From positions 11,261-75,260 of the forward strand of contig CALXUT010000011.1 in assembly GCA_944391755.1 (NCBI GenBank): a DNA stretch of 64,000 bases, in the 5' to 3' direction. The number at the start of each line of letters is the position of its first letter. Positions within the stretch are counted from its first letter, which is position 1. Below the pieces are notes generated by a model, which saw only the letters and a list, made by a program, of their open reading frames with translations, did no database searches and had not been told where the DNA came from. The position numbers and the translations under genes were made by a program. This document shows positions 30,959 through 39,786 of the stretch, piece after piece. This DNA comes from an uncultured Clostridia bacterium. GTDB taxonomy: Bacteria > Bacillota > Clostridia > TANB77 > CAG-508.

Positions 30959-33577
30959 ATGGCAGAAAAAGAACAATATTCACCAATGATGCAAAAATAC
31001 TTAGAAACAAAAGAACAATATAAAGATTGCATATTGTTTTATCGATTAGGCGATTTTTATGAAATGTTTTTTGATGATGCAATCATTGCTTCAAGAGAAT
31101 TAGAAATTACATTAACAGGAAAAGATTGCGGACAAGCAGAGAGAGCACCAATGGCTGGAGTTCCCCATCATGCAGCAGAAGTGTATGCATCAAAATTAAT
31201 CGAAAAAGGATATAAAGTCGCTATATGTGAACAACTAGAAGATCCAAAAACAGCAAAAGGGATTGTAAAAAGAGGAGTTATCCGAATCCTTACACCTGGA
31301 ACCATTGTAGAATCAAACCTATTAGAAGAAAAGAAAAATAACTATATTATGAGTATATGCAAAGGTGGCATCTATTTTGGAATTAGTGTATGTGACATAT
31401 CTACAGGTGAATTTTATAGTTGTGAAATAAAAGATGAAAACAATTTTGCATTATTATTAGATGAAATTGCAAGATTTTCACCATCAGAAATTATCGCGAA
31501 TTCTATGATGTTTGAATGCCAAGAAGAAATGGACAAAATTAGAGAAAGATTCCAAATCTACATGAGTCGCTTTAATGACAAATTTTTCTCAGAAGATGTT
31601 GGCAATTTACAATTAGATTATAATATCATTGAAAACAAAAAAGGAGTAGCAAATTTAAAAGAGAGAACTTTAGCTGTAAAATCCATAAATGCACTATTAG
31701 AATATTTAAATGAAACCCAGATGACAAGTCTAGAACATATTAATACCATCATGATGTATCAGTTATCAAGATATATGTCATTAGATATTAATGCAAGAAG
31801 AAATCTTGAGATAACTGAAAAAATGAGAGATAAATCTAAAAAAGGAACCTTGCTTTGGGTATTAGATAAAACATCAACATCTATGGGTGGTCGACTACTT
31901 AGAAGATGGTTAAATGATCCATTATTAGATGTAAATGAAATACAAGAAAGATTAGATGCTGTTAAAGAATTAAAAGAGAATATGATGCTAAGAGGAGATG
32001 TTACAGAAAATTTACGAAAAGTATATGATATAGAGCGTTTATCCGGAAAAATGGCATATGGAAATGCCAATGCAAGAGATATGATAACATTAAAGAATTC
32101 ATTAGAAAAATTGCCAGCAGTTAAACAAGTATTATCTCAATGTACATCTAAAAAGTTAAAAGAATTATATGAAAATTTAGATGAATTGCAAGACATTTAT
32201 GAATTAATAGATAAATCCATCGTAGAAGATCCACCAATGACAGTAAAAGATGGTGGAATTATCAAAATGGGATATGATGAAGAAATTGATAAATTAAAAA
32301 CAGCAACAACAGAAGGAAAAAATTGGATTATCAAACTAGAGGCAGAAGAAAAAGAAAAAACAGGAATCAAAACTTTAAAAGTAGGATATAACAAAGTATT
32401 TGGATATTATATAGAAGTATCAAAATCATTTATTCCACAAGTACCTGATAGATTTATTAGAAAACAAACATTAACCAATGGAGAAAGATATATTACAGAA
32501 GAATTAAAAAATCTAGAAAATCAAATTTTAGGTGCAGAAGAAAAAGTGGTAAATCTAGAATATAATGAATTTGTAAAAATTAGAGAAGAAATTGCCAAAA
32601 ATATAAAAAGATTACAAAAAACAGCAAATATGATTTCAACATTAGATGTGCTAGCATCATTTGCACAAGTAGCAGAAGATATGAATTACTGTATGCCGAT
32701 TGTAAAAGATGATGGGCAAATTCATATCAAAGATGGCAGACATCCTGTTATTGAAAAAATGATTGGAAGCGGAAATTTTGTACCAAATGATACCAATCTG
32801 GATAAAGAAGAAAATCGATTAGCTATTATTACGGGACCTAATATGGCAGGTAAATCTACCTATATGCGACAAGTTGCATTAATATGTTTGATGGCACAAG
32901 TGGGAAGCTTTGTACCAGCAACAGAAGCAGAAATAGGTGTTGTGGATAAAATCTTTACAAGAGTAGGAGCATCAGATGATTTAAGTATGGGACAAAGTAC
33001 ATTTATGGTGGAAATGATGGAAGTGGCAACAATCTTAAAAGAAGCAACAGAAAATAGTCTTGTCATCTTAGATGAAATCGGAAGAGGAACCTCTACTTAT
33101 GATGGTTTATCAATCGCATGGGCAGTTGCAGAATATATCGCAGATAAAAGCAAATGTGGTGCGAAAACATTATTTGCAACACATTACCATGAATTAATTG
33201 AACTTGCTGATAAAATTGAGGGCGTAAAAAACTACTCGATTGCGGTTAAAGAAAAAGGGGAAGATATCATCTTTTTAAGAAAAATTGTAGACGGTGGAAC
33301 TGATGAAAGTTATGGTATCCATGTAGCTCGTTTAGCAGGTGTTCCTAAAGTAGTAACAAACCGTGCAAATGAAATTTTAAAATCATTAGAAAGAAAAAGC
33401 ATGCTTTCAGGTAAAAAACAAGAAAAGGAAAATAAAAAAGTGGTGGAAGGGCAATTTGATATGTTTAATTTTAAATTAGCAGAAATTGCTCATGAATTGG
33501 ATAAAGTGAATTTGAATGAATTAACACCTATTGATGCTTTGAATACTTTGGTGAGAATAAAAGAGAAAATGAAATAG
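30959..33577 (+). CDS. mutS: DNA mismatch repair protein MutS
   Basis: N-terminal TPMMQKY-type motif (SPMMQKYLE), Walker A GPNMAGKST, DEIGRGTSTYDG, THYHEL. ATG 30959. Confidence 0.97.
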   Translation: MAEKEQYSPMMQKYLETKEQYKDCILFYRLGDFYEMFFDDAIIASRELEITLTGKDCGQAERAPMAGVPHHAAEVYASKLIEKGYKVAICEQLEDPKTAKGIVKRGVIRILTPGTIVESNLLEEKKNNYIMSICKGGIYFGISVCDISTGEFYSCEIKDENNFALLLDEIARFSPSEIIANSMMFECQEEMDKIRERFQIYMSRFNDKFFSEDVGNLQLDYNIIENKKGVANLKERTLAVKSINALLEYLNETQMTSLEHINTIMMYQLSRYMSLDINARRNLEITEKMRDKSKKGTLLWVLDKTSTSMGGRLLRRWLNDPLLDVNEIQERLDAVKELKENMMLRGDVTENLRKVYDIERLSGKMAYGNANARDMITLKNSLEKLPAVKQVLSQCTSKKLKELYENLDELQDIYELIDKSIVEDPPMTVKDGGIIKMGYDEEIDKLKTATTEGKNWIIKLEAEEKEKTGIKTLKVGYNKVFGYYIEVSKSFIPQVPDRFIRKQTLTNGERYITEELKNLENQILGAEEKVVNLEYNEFVKIREEIAKNIKRLQKTANMISTLDVLASFAQVAEDMNYCMPIVKDDGQIHIKDGRHPVIEKMIGSGNFVPNDTNLDKEENRLAIITGPNMAGKSTYMRQVALICLMAQVGSFVPATEAEIGVVDKIFTRVGASDDLSMGQSTFMVEMMEVATILKEATENSLVILDEIGRGTSTYDGLSIAWAVAEYIADKSKCGAKTLFATHYHELIELADKIEGVKNYSIAVKEKGEDIIFLRKIVDGGTDESYGIHVARLAGVPKVVTNRANEILKSLERKSMLSGKKQEKENKKVVEGQFDMFNFKLAEIAHELDKVNLNELTPIDALNTLVRIKEKMK

Positions 33578-33593
33578 CAGTTCTGTAGAAAAC

Positions 33594-33622
33594 TTGAAAA
33601 ATTAATGATTTTATGATATAAT
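33594..33622 (+). promoter_or_regulatory. Extended -10 sigma-A promoter
   Basis: TTGAAA, 17-nt spacer, TGaTATAAT. Confidence 0.55.
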
Positions 33623-33708
33623 AATTATAATAATTTTTGTAATCCTGTTTTGCAGGTTGATATATATACAACTATAGTAAAAATAATTTTTTGCAGGAGG
33701 AAATAAAA

Positions 33709-34095
33709 ATGAAATTTGTGGTATTATGGCTTGTAGGAGTTTTTCTTTCAAACTGTTCTTTCGAAGTACTATCAAGCCTAGATCAGGAGGTTGAAATTTA
33801 CAATAATAATAAAGGAGTGAGAATTGCAATAAATATACTTGTAATAGTATGTACGACTCTTTTTGCAGGACTACCAGTTGGCTATTTGTTAAGTGGGATT
33901 GAGAATAATCCAGCTTTCCTTATATTTGCAATTGTTGGCTTATCACCGATACATATACTTTTATTTCTTTTTGGTTATATATATACTGGCATAGGTTGTT
34001 TGACACACAATATTGAAGATAAATGGTTGAATTGGTGTTATTTTCTTACATGTATCATTTCAACGATTATTTGGAGAAACTACTTTCTTAATTGA
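33709..34095 (+). CDS. Small integral membrane protein (4 TM), hypothetical
   Basis: Hydrophobic 128-aa ORF. ATG 33709 follows RBS aggagg. Confidence 0.5.
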   Translation: MKFVVLWLVGVFLSNCSFEVLSSLDQEVEIYNNNKGVRIAINILVIVCTTLFAGLPVGYLLSGIENNPAFLIFAIVGLSPIHILLFLFGYIYTGIGCLTHNIEDKWLNWCYFLTCIISTIIWRNYFLN

Positions 34096-34110
34096 TTACC
34101 ACATCTTGAA

Positions 34111-34145
34111 ATCAGAGGATGTCCTATTTTAGGATATCCTCTGAT
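34111..34145 (+). terminator. Hairpin after membrane-protein gene (no clear T tract)
   Basis: atcagaggatgtcct / aggatatcctctgat stem. Confidence 0.45.
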
Positions 34146-34528
34146 TAAAATTATTAGCAAGCTTTTCATTTTGTTTATTTTTTCTAACTTGCACAAAATA
34201 ACACAATATTAAAAGTTTGCATAAAATCAAATAAAATGCTTGCAAAAGCAAATAAATCATGTTAAAATAAATTCGTACTAAGATTTTTAGTATGAATTTA
34301 TTTTTTATAATTCTGAGTAAAATCTTACTCAGTCAAATTTTTAAAATATATTTTAAATTCAAAAAGTCAAAAATAATTTTATATCTAAAGTAAAATACCA
34401 AAAATAAAAAAGGAATATAGGGTTTTATTAATTATGCCTAAAAACATAAAAAACGAAGTGATGCCTTTATAAACTATGTACTAAAAATCTTAGTTTTAAA
34501 AATAACAATTGAGGATTGGAGGTACAAA

Positions 34529-35368
34529 ATCAAAACAACAAATATAGAAAATAACAAATTATTATTACCAAAGACAGATGTTGTATTTCAAGCATTGTTT
34601 GGAACTAAAGGTAGTGAAAGAATCTTAGGAGGATTACTAACGGAGATTTTAGGATATCCAGTAGAAAATATATCATTAGAAGCAAATCAAAATCTAATAA
34701 GAGAAATGCCAACAGAAAAATTAGGAATATTAGATTTAAGAGCAAATATAGGAAAAGATAAAACAGTGAATATCGAAGTACAATTAATTAATCAGAAAAA
34801 TATGCAAGCAAGATTATTATACTATTGGTCAAGAATATATGGAGCACAACTAAAAGAGGGAGAAGACTATAATATGTTAAAAAAGACCATAGCAATCTTA
34901 ATTGTAAATTATGAGATGCCAGAATTACAAGAATTCAAAGATTCTCATACGAAATGGGAACTACTAGAAAAAAGAAAACCAAATGTACTTGTATTCAAAA
35001 ATATCGAGATACATATCTTAGAAATACCAAAACTAATAAAATATAATAAAGAAACAGAAGAAAGGTTAGGAAATTGGATAGAGTTTTTAATAAAACCAGA
35101 AAGTGAGAGGGTAAAAATGGGGGCCAAAAAAGATAAAAATTTAAAAGAAGCAGTAGAAAAATTAGAGGTAATAAGTGGGGATGAAAAAATGCGAAGAATT
35201 GCAGAATTAAGATTAAAATATATACTTGATGAAAATACAAATATAAGAGATGGAATAAAACAAAATATGGAGATTGTGGCAAAAAAATCATTAAAACTTA
35301 AAATACCAATTGAACAAATTTCGCAAATAACAGGCTTATCAAAAGAAGAAATAGAAAAATTAAAATAA
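34529..35368 (+). CDS. Rpn family recombination-promoting nuclease / PD-(D/E)XK putative transposase (paralog 1), start uncertain
   Basis: LLPKTDVVFQALFG, GILDLRA, NIEVQL and YYWSRIY motifs of the Rpn/YhgA-like (TIGR01784-type) family. The conserved N terminus lies upstream of the first canonical start (TTG 34595). Confidence 0.75.
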   Translation: MKTTNIENNKLLLPKTDVVFQALFGTKGSERILGGLLTEILGYPVENISLEANQNLIREMPTEKLGILDLRANIGKDKTVNIEVQLINQKNMQARLLYYWSRIYGAQLKEGEDYNMLKKTIAILIVNYEMPELQEFKDSHTKWELLEKRKPNVLVFKNIEIHILEIPKLIKYNKETEERLGNWIEFLIKPESERVKMGAKKDKNLKEAVEKLEVISGDEKMRRIAELRLKYILDENTNIRDGIKQNMEIVAKKSLKLKIPIEQISQITGLSKEEIEKLK

Positions 35369-35390
35369 TCTAATAAAATAGTTAAAAATA

Positions 35391-35471
35391 TAGATATATG
35401 AATGTTTTTGCCTCAAATATAAAGGGGATGCAACAATCCAGATATGTGGTTGCAAAACATTCATATATCTA
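35391..35471 (-). repeat. Hairpin element copy 5 (divergent member, reverse orientation)
   Basis: Arms tagatatatgaatgtttttgc / gcaaaacattcatatatcta (1-nt bulge). Its core shares aggggatgcaacaatccaga with copy 3 (agggtgtaacaatccgggt). Confidence 0.6.
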
Positions 35472-35549
35472 CTTTTTTACCTATATTTGTATGAAAAATA
35501 AACTATTATTTATGGTAAAATTTGACCTTAAAAAAAGTTGGGAAAAATG

Positions 35550-35577
35550 TTGCTTTTTTTTTTTTATTTGGTATAAT
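35550..35577 (+). promoter_or_regulatory. Extended -10 promoter of the first fibre operon
   Basis: TTGCTT, 16-nt T-rich spacer, TGgTATAAT, about 32 nt upstream of ATG 35610. Confidence 0.6.
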
Positions 35578-35609
35578 AGAACTGATATATTGTATAGGAG
35601 GAATTTTGA

Positions 35610-36110
35610 ATGAAAAGAACTTTAGAAAATCTGGTAATAATAGTATATGTAATCGTTGCAATAACTGTTACACTATGCCTATTAAACTATAATGAATATA
35701 ATGTTACAGAATTTGGAAATAGTACATTAATCATAATCAATGATGATTCATTAGAGCCAGATTATACAGAGGGTGATTTAGTAATAGCCAAAAAAGAAAA
35801 AATAGATGAAATAGAAGCAGGAGATAAAATATTCTTTTATAATGATGAAGATATAAACTTAGGAGAAGTAAAACAAGTTAACAAATACGAAGGAGTAAGC
35901 ACTACCTTTATTTTAGATGGGAATTATCAAGTAATAGAAGATGATGTTATCAGTAGTGAAGAAACAGTAAAAACATATAGCAATCTAGGAAAAATCCTAA
36001 GCATTTTGGAATCAAGATGGGGCTTTTTATTTTTAATAATATTTCCATCAGTACTAGCATTTTTACATGAAATATTCCAAGTAGTTGTAGAACTAGGAAA
36101 TAAAGATTAA
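35610..36110 (+). CDS. SipW-like signal peptidase paralog, catalytically degenerate (pseudo-peptidase)
   Basis: SipW topology (N- and C-terminal TM) and a DSLEPDYTEGDLVI box aligned to SGSMEPT..GD.V. It lacks the THR(I/V) histidine box and the GDAN..D box present in the three paralogs. Confidence 0.55.
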   Translation: MKRTLENLVIIVYVIVAITVTLCLLNYNEYNVTEFGNSTLIIINDDSLEPDYTEGDLVIAKKEKIDEIEAGDKIFFYNDEDINLGEVKQVNKYEGVSTTFILDGNYQVIEDDVISSEETVKTYSNLGKILSILESRWGFLFLIIFPSVLAFLHEIFQVVVELGNKD

Positions 36111-36126
36111 TACAAAGGAAGCAAAT

Positions 36127-36756
36127 ATGAGAAAAATTTGGATTTTATCAGCATTAATCATGCTATTAATAACTTTATATCAAATCAATAGCGCATATGC
36201 AAAGTATTCTACAGAAGCTGAAGGAATTGTCGAAGAAACAATTGGTGCATGGATTGTAAAAGTAAATAATACCAATATAGCAACAGAGGCAGATGTCCAA
36301 AATTTTACAATAGATGCATTAACTTATAATTCTAATGACTATGTTTTAGAGGGAAAAATAGCACCAGGATTATTAGGGTATTTTGATATCACAATAGATG
36401 CAACAGAAGCAAGTGTTGCTGTAAGATATGATGTAACAATTGATTTTTCAAAATTAAATATAAGTGATTCCATAAAATTTACAAAATTAGTAACTGTTGT
36501 AGATGGAGTAGAAAGTGAAGAAGGTATCATTCAAACAGACGAGAGTACATATACGGGAGTTGTTTCTTTAGAAGATATATTAGCAGGAAAGACCAATACA
36601 TTAAGAGTATATTTGAGTTGGGAAGATGATGGTACAGGAATCAATGATGAAGAAGATTCTATGTTAGGAACCAATAAAGATATTCAAGTATCTATTCCAG
36701 TACAGGTAAAAGCAAGCCAATATTTAGGAGAAGAAATAATAGAATATCAACCATAA
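36127..36756 (+). CDS. Secreted TasA/camelysin-like protein with SipW-cognate signal peptide (minor subunit class 1)
   Basis: Signal ends SAYAKY. Paralog of the 45045-45635 product (shared APG.LGYFD..ID and R.Y..W.DDG motifs). Confidence 0.6.
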   Translation: MRKIWILSALIMLLITLYQINSAYAKYSTEAEGIVEETIGAWIVKVNNTNIATEADVQNFTIDALTYNSNDYVLEGKIAPGLLGYFDITIDATEASVAVRYDVTIDFSKLNISDSIKFTKLVTVVDGVESEEGIIQTDESTYTGVVSLEDILAGKTNTLRVYLSWEDDGTGINDEEDSMLGTNKDIQVSIPVQVKASQYLGEEIIEYQP

Positions 36757-36778
36757 TTCTAAAAAGGAAAGGAACAAC

Positions 36779-37291
36779 ATGTATAAAATATTTGAAAAAA
36801 TAGCACATATTTTATTAAATATCATAATTGCATTTGTATTTATCATTGTTTTAATTGTTGGTTACAACTATGTTAATTTACAATTGATGAATAAAGATTA
36901 TACCAACTTTTTTGGATATACAACATTTGAAGTATCAACAGGAAGTATGGCACCAACATTAAATGTTTATGATGTAGTACTTGTAGAAATAACCAAAGAT
37001 GTTCAAGTGGGAGATATCATAACATATAAATATGAAAATGAATTAATCACACATAGGATAATGGAGATAGATGGAGATACATTAATTACAAAAGGAGATG
37101 CCAATAACACAGAAGACAAGTCTATAACAAAAGATGCAGTCATAGGAAAAGTTATTTCAGTATATCCAAGAGTCGGAATTTGGGCTAAGGTATTCACAGA
37201 ACCAAATGTTTTAATCTCAGTATTTATCACATTAGTATTAATAGGATTAGCAATATCGAAAGATAAAAAAGAAGAAGAGCAAAAGAATTAA
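36779..37291 (+). CDS. sipW: Signal peptidase I, SipW/ER type (S26B)
   Basis: N-terminal TM, TGSMAPT serine box, ITHRI histidine box, KGDANNTED box, C-terminal TM. Confidence 0.85.
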   Translation: MYKIFEKIAHILLNIIIAFVFIIVLIVGYNYVNLQLMNKDYTNFFGYTTFEVSTGSMAPTLNVYDVVLVEITKDVQVGDIITYKYENELITHRIMEIDGDTLITKGDANNTEDKSITKDAVIGKVISVYPRVGIWAKVFTEPNVLISVFITLVLIGLAISKDKKEEEQKN

Positions 37292-37305
37292 AAGAGAGGA
37301 AGAAA

Positions 37306-37866
37306 ATGAGTAGAAGGAGAAGAAAAATTAATTTATATAAAAAAATAATATTGATTATTATCCTACTAATGTTCCTTTTACTCGTGATAAAAGGAACACT
37401 AGCAAGGTACAGTTCATCTGGACAATCAGAAGCAAATGTAGATGTGGCATTTTATTTATTAAAAGAAGAAGAAATATCACAAACCATTGCACTAGAAGAA
37501 ATGATGCCAAGTGATGATGTGTATACATATACATTTTCCGTAGCCAATAATGATGGAACAGATAGAACAGAAACAGCTCTAAAATATACAATCTCTATAA
37601 AAATGACGACAAATTTACCATTAACATATGAATTATATATGAATGATGGAACAGAAAATTTATTTCAAAATTACACAACAGAACAAGATGAATATGGAAC
37701 CTATTTTAAAACAATAACAGCAAATGAAGAAACTTTTGGATTTGAAACAAATGAGCAAAATACTTATAAATTACAAGTAAGATTTCCAAAGGAATATAAT
37801 TCCGTAGACTATCAAGGAATCATAGAAGCTTTAGAAATAAAAGTAAATTCAGAGCAAATTGTATAA
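37306..37866 (+). CDS. Secreted protein with SipW-cognate signal peptide (class 2)
   Basis: MSRRRRK basic N terminus, hydrophobic helix, GTLARYSSS motif. Beta-rich mature part. Confidence 0.6.
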   Translation: MSRRRRKINLYKKIILIIILLMFLLLVIKGTLARYSSSGQSEANVDVAFYLLKEEEISQTIALEEMMPSDDVYTYTFSVANNDGTDRTETALKYTISIKMTTNLPLTYELYMNDGTENLFQNYTTEQDEYGTYFKTITANEETFGFETNEQNTYKLQVRFPKEYNSVDYQGIIEALEIKVNSEQIV

Positions 37867-37890
37867 ATATTAATAAAAAAGGAAGTTCAA

Positions 37891-38745
37891 ATGATAAGGA
37901 GAAGAAAAAGACAAAAAAGGAATCGAATAATTTTACTTTTAATTGTTTTAGTCATACTCATTTTTCTTGTGCCAATGATGACCAGTTTATCAAAATACAT
38001 TTATAATGCAGTACATGATTATTACTTAGGATCAAAAGGATTTTACTTTAATAGTGATAAATTAAGTACGAATCATTCAGAATTTGAAATTGCAAATAAC
38101 TGGTCAGGGGCGGAAACATATACAATAACAATCAACTTAAATAGTAAGAAAAATGACTTAGTATTTGCAGAAACAGATATAGATTATACAATCAATTTTA
38201 CACATTCAGATAATATTGAATGTACCATTAGTAAAACAAGTGGAACAATTAAAGGAAGTGCAAGTGGTGGTCTAAATGAAGACTATTTTATCATCACCAT
38301 AAATCCAGCAGGAGGAGTGGGTTTACCAAATGGAGCACAAACTTGGGTGGAAGTTGAAGTTACTTCAACTTCACCATATGAATCTACATTGAGTGGAAGA
38401 TTATATGTAGGCGTAGGAGCAGAAGATATATCTTATGAAATCATGGATGTGCCAGGAAATCCTTACTTAGAGGTAAATATAACAAACTCATTAGATACAG
38501 ATGAAGATGTAACTTTAGAATTTGATCCTAATGTAATTTTATTAGATATGACAAGTTCTTTTAGATTGAATGCAACAGCAACAACTACACAGCAAATCAA
38601 TGGATATGACTATATAAATTCTGTAACATCACAAGTAAAATCATTAGAAACGACAACCGTAAGATTTTATAAAGTAGATCCATCTCAAGATTATACATAC
38701 CAAGCTGGTGATACAGGAACACCAGTAGTCACATTAACATATTAA
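37891..38745 (+). CDS. Secreted protein with SipW-cognate-like signal peptide (class 3)
   Basis: MIRRRKRQKRNR basic run, hydrophobic helix, TSLSKYIYN motif. Thr/Ser-rich beta-type mature region. Confidence 0.55.
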   Translation: MIRRRKRQKRNRIILLLIVLVILIFLVPMMTSLSKYIYNAVHDYYLGSKGFYFNSDKLSTNHSEFEIANNWSGAETYTITINLNSKKNDLVFAETDIDYTINFTHSDNIECTISKTSGTIKGSASGGLNEDYFIITINPAGGVGLPNGAQTWVEVEVTSTSPYESTLSGRLYVGVGAEDISYEIMDVPGNPYLEVNITNSLDTDEDVTLEFDPNVILLDMTSSFRLNATATTTQQINGYDYINSVTSQVKSLETTTVRFYKVDPSQDYTYQAGDTGTPVVTLTY

Positions 38746-38765
38746 GAAACAAACGAGGTGATAAA

Positions 38766-39779
38766 ATGACATATAATATCATGGCAGAATATATAGATTA
38801 TACGAAGAAATTTTTATATGAGCTATTAGAAGAATATTTTAAAGAACAATATGATAAAGAAATGGCAAAAGAATATATAGAAACCTATATTGATGCAAGA
38901 TATAATAATTATGGAGGAAATGAAAACCAAAGAGTTTTTTATAGGAGAATTTATTCTGCCTTGCAAAAAAAAGAAGAAGAGTTAACATATAATGCAGATG
39001 AAGAAAAACACTCAATGATAAAAAATATGTTAGAAACATTTCAATACATTTTTTACATAGACTTTGTAAGAGAAATAAAGATTGAATTAAGAGAATTTGT
39101 AAATCAGATGTATGAAAAAAGAATCACAAAATTTGAAATGAAAAGAGATGGAACTTTAAAAGATAATTTATATAAAATGATAAAAAAATTCCGAGAGGAA
39201 AAAGAAAAATATCTAAAAAGTTTTGACTCAGAAGATTTTGAACTAGTAACAACAAAATATCATTTGATAAAAGATGTATATAAAGTTGATTTAAAATATA
39301 ATTTTAAATTACCATATATTTTCAGTGACAAAGCAATACAAGATGTTTATAATGAAAATATAGTAAATGAAGATAAATATATAATTGAATACTTAATGCT
39401 TACCGTATTTAACATAAGGATGATATTGGATGGAAAGTTTAATACACAATATTTAGTAGACTTTCCAATGTCTTTGTTTGGAAAGACAAAGAAATTAGAT
39501 CAAGCTTTAAGAATCATAAATGATCCAGCAATACAAGAAAAAATAAAAATAAAAGTAAAATATAGAGATTTTATTATTCATAGAAATGACATATATGAAT
39601 TAATGAAAAATGGATATAAATTTGCAGTCATCATTGATGATTCTTTCATAATTAGTAAAGAACACATAAAAAAATTAGAAATATTTAATTTTGTCATATT
39701 AAGTAAAAAACTAGAATATTTTGACGAATTTCAAGAATATGCAGACCAATTAGAAAATTTAATAATAGATGAAGGATAG
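38766..39779 (+). CDS. Cytoplasmic hypothetical protein; C-terminal half weakly EAL-like (degenerate)
   Basis: No signal or TM. C-terminal pattern YLVDFPMSL...KIKIKVKYRDF...LMKNGYKFAVIIDDSF...LEIFNFVILSKK resembles the EAL-domain strand pattern (NlS...lEiTE...G..aLDDFG...lKiD) without catalytic residues. Confidence 0.5.
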   Translation: MTYNIMAEYIDYTKKFLYELLEEYFKEQYDKEMAKEYIETYIDARYNNYGGNENQRVFYRRIYSALQKKEEELTYNADEEKHSMIKNMLETFQYIFYIDFVREIKIELREFVNQMYEKRITKFEMKRDGTLKDNLYKMIKKFREEKEKYLKSFDSEDFELVTTKYHLIKDVYKVDLKYNFKLPYIFSDKAIQDVYNENIVNEDKYIIEYLMLTVFNIRMILDGKFNTQYLVDFPMSLFGKTKKLDQALRIINDPAIQEKIKIKVKYRDFIIHRNDIYELMKNGYKFAVIIDDSFIISKEHIKKLEIFNFVILSKKLEYFDEFQEYADQLENLIIDEG

Positions 39780-39786
39780 GGATACA

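Noticed and set aside
35398-35613. 71-aa plus-strand ORF between Rpn paralog 1 and the first operon
   Set aside because: It is made up of hairpin element copy 5 and the T-rich promoter region. It has no RBS and its product is implausible.
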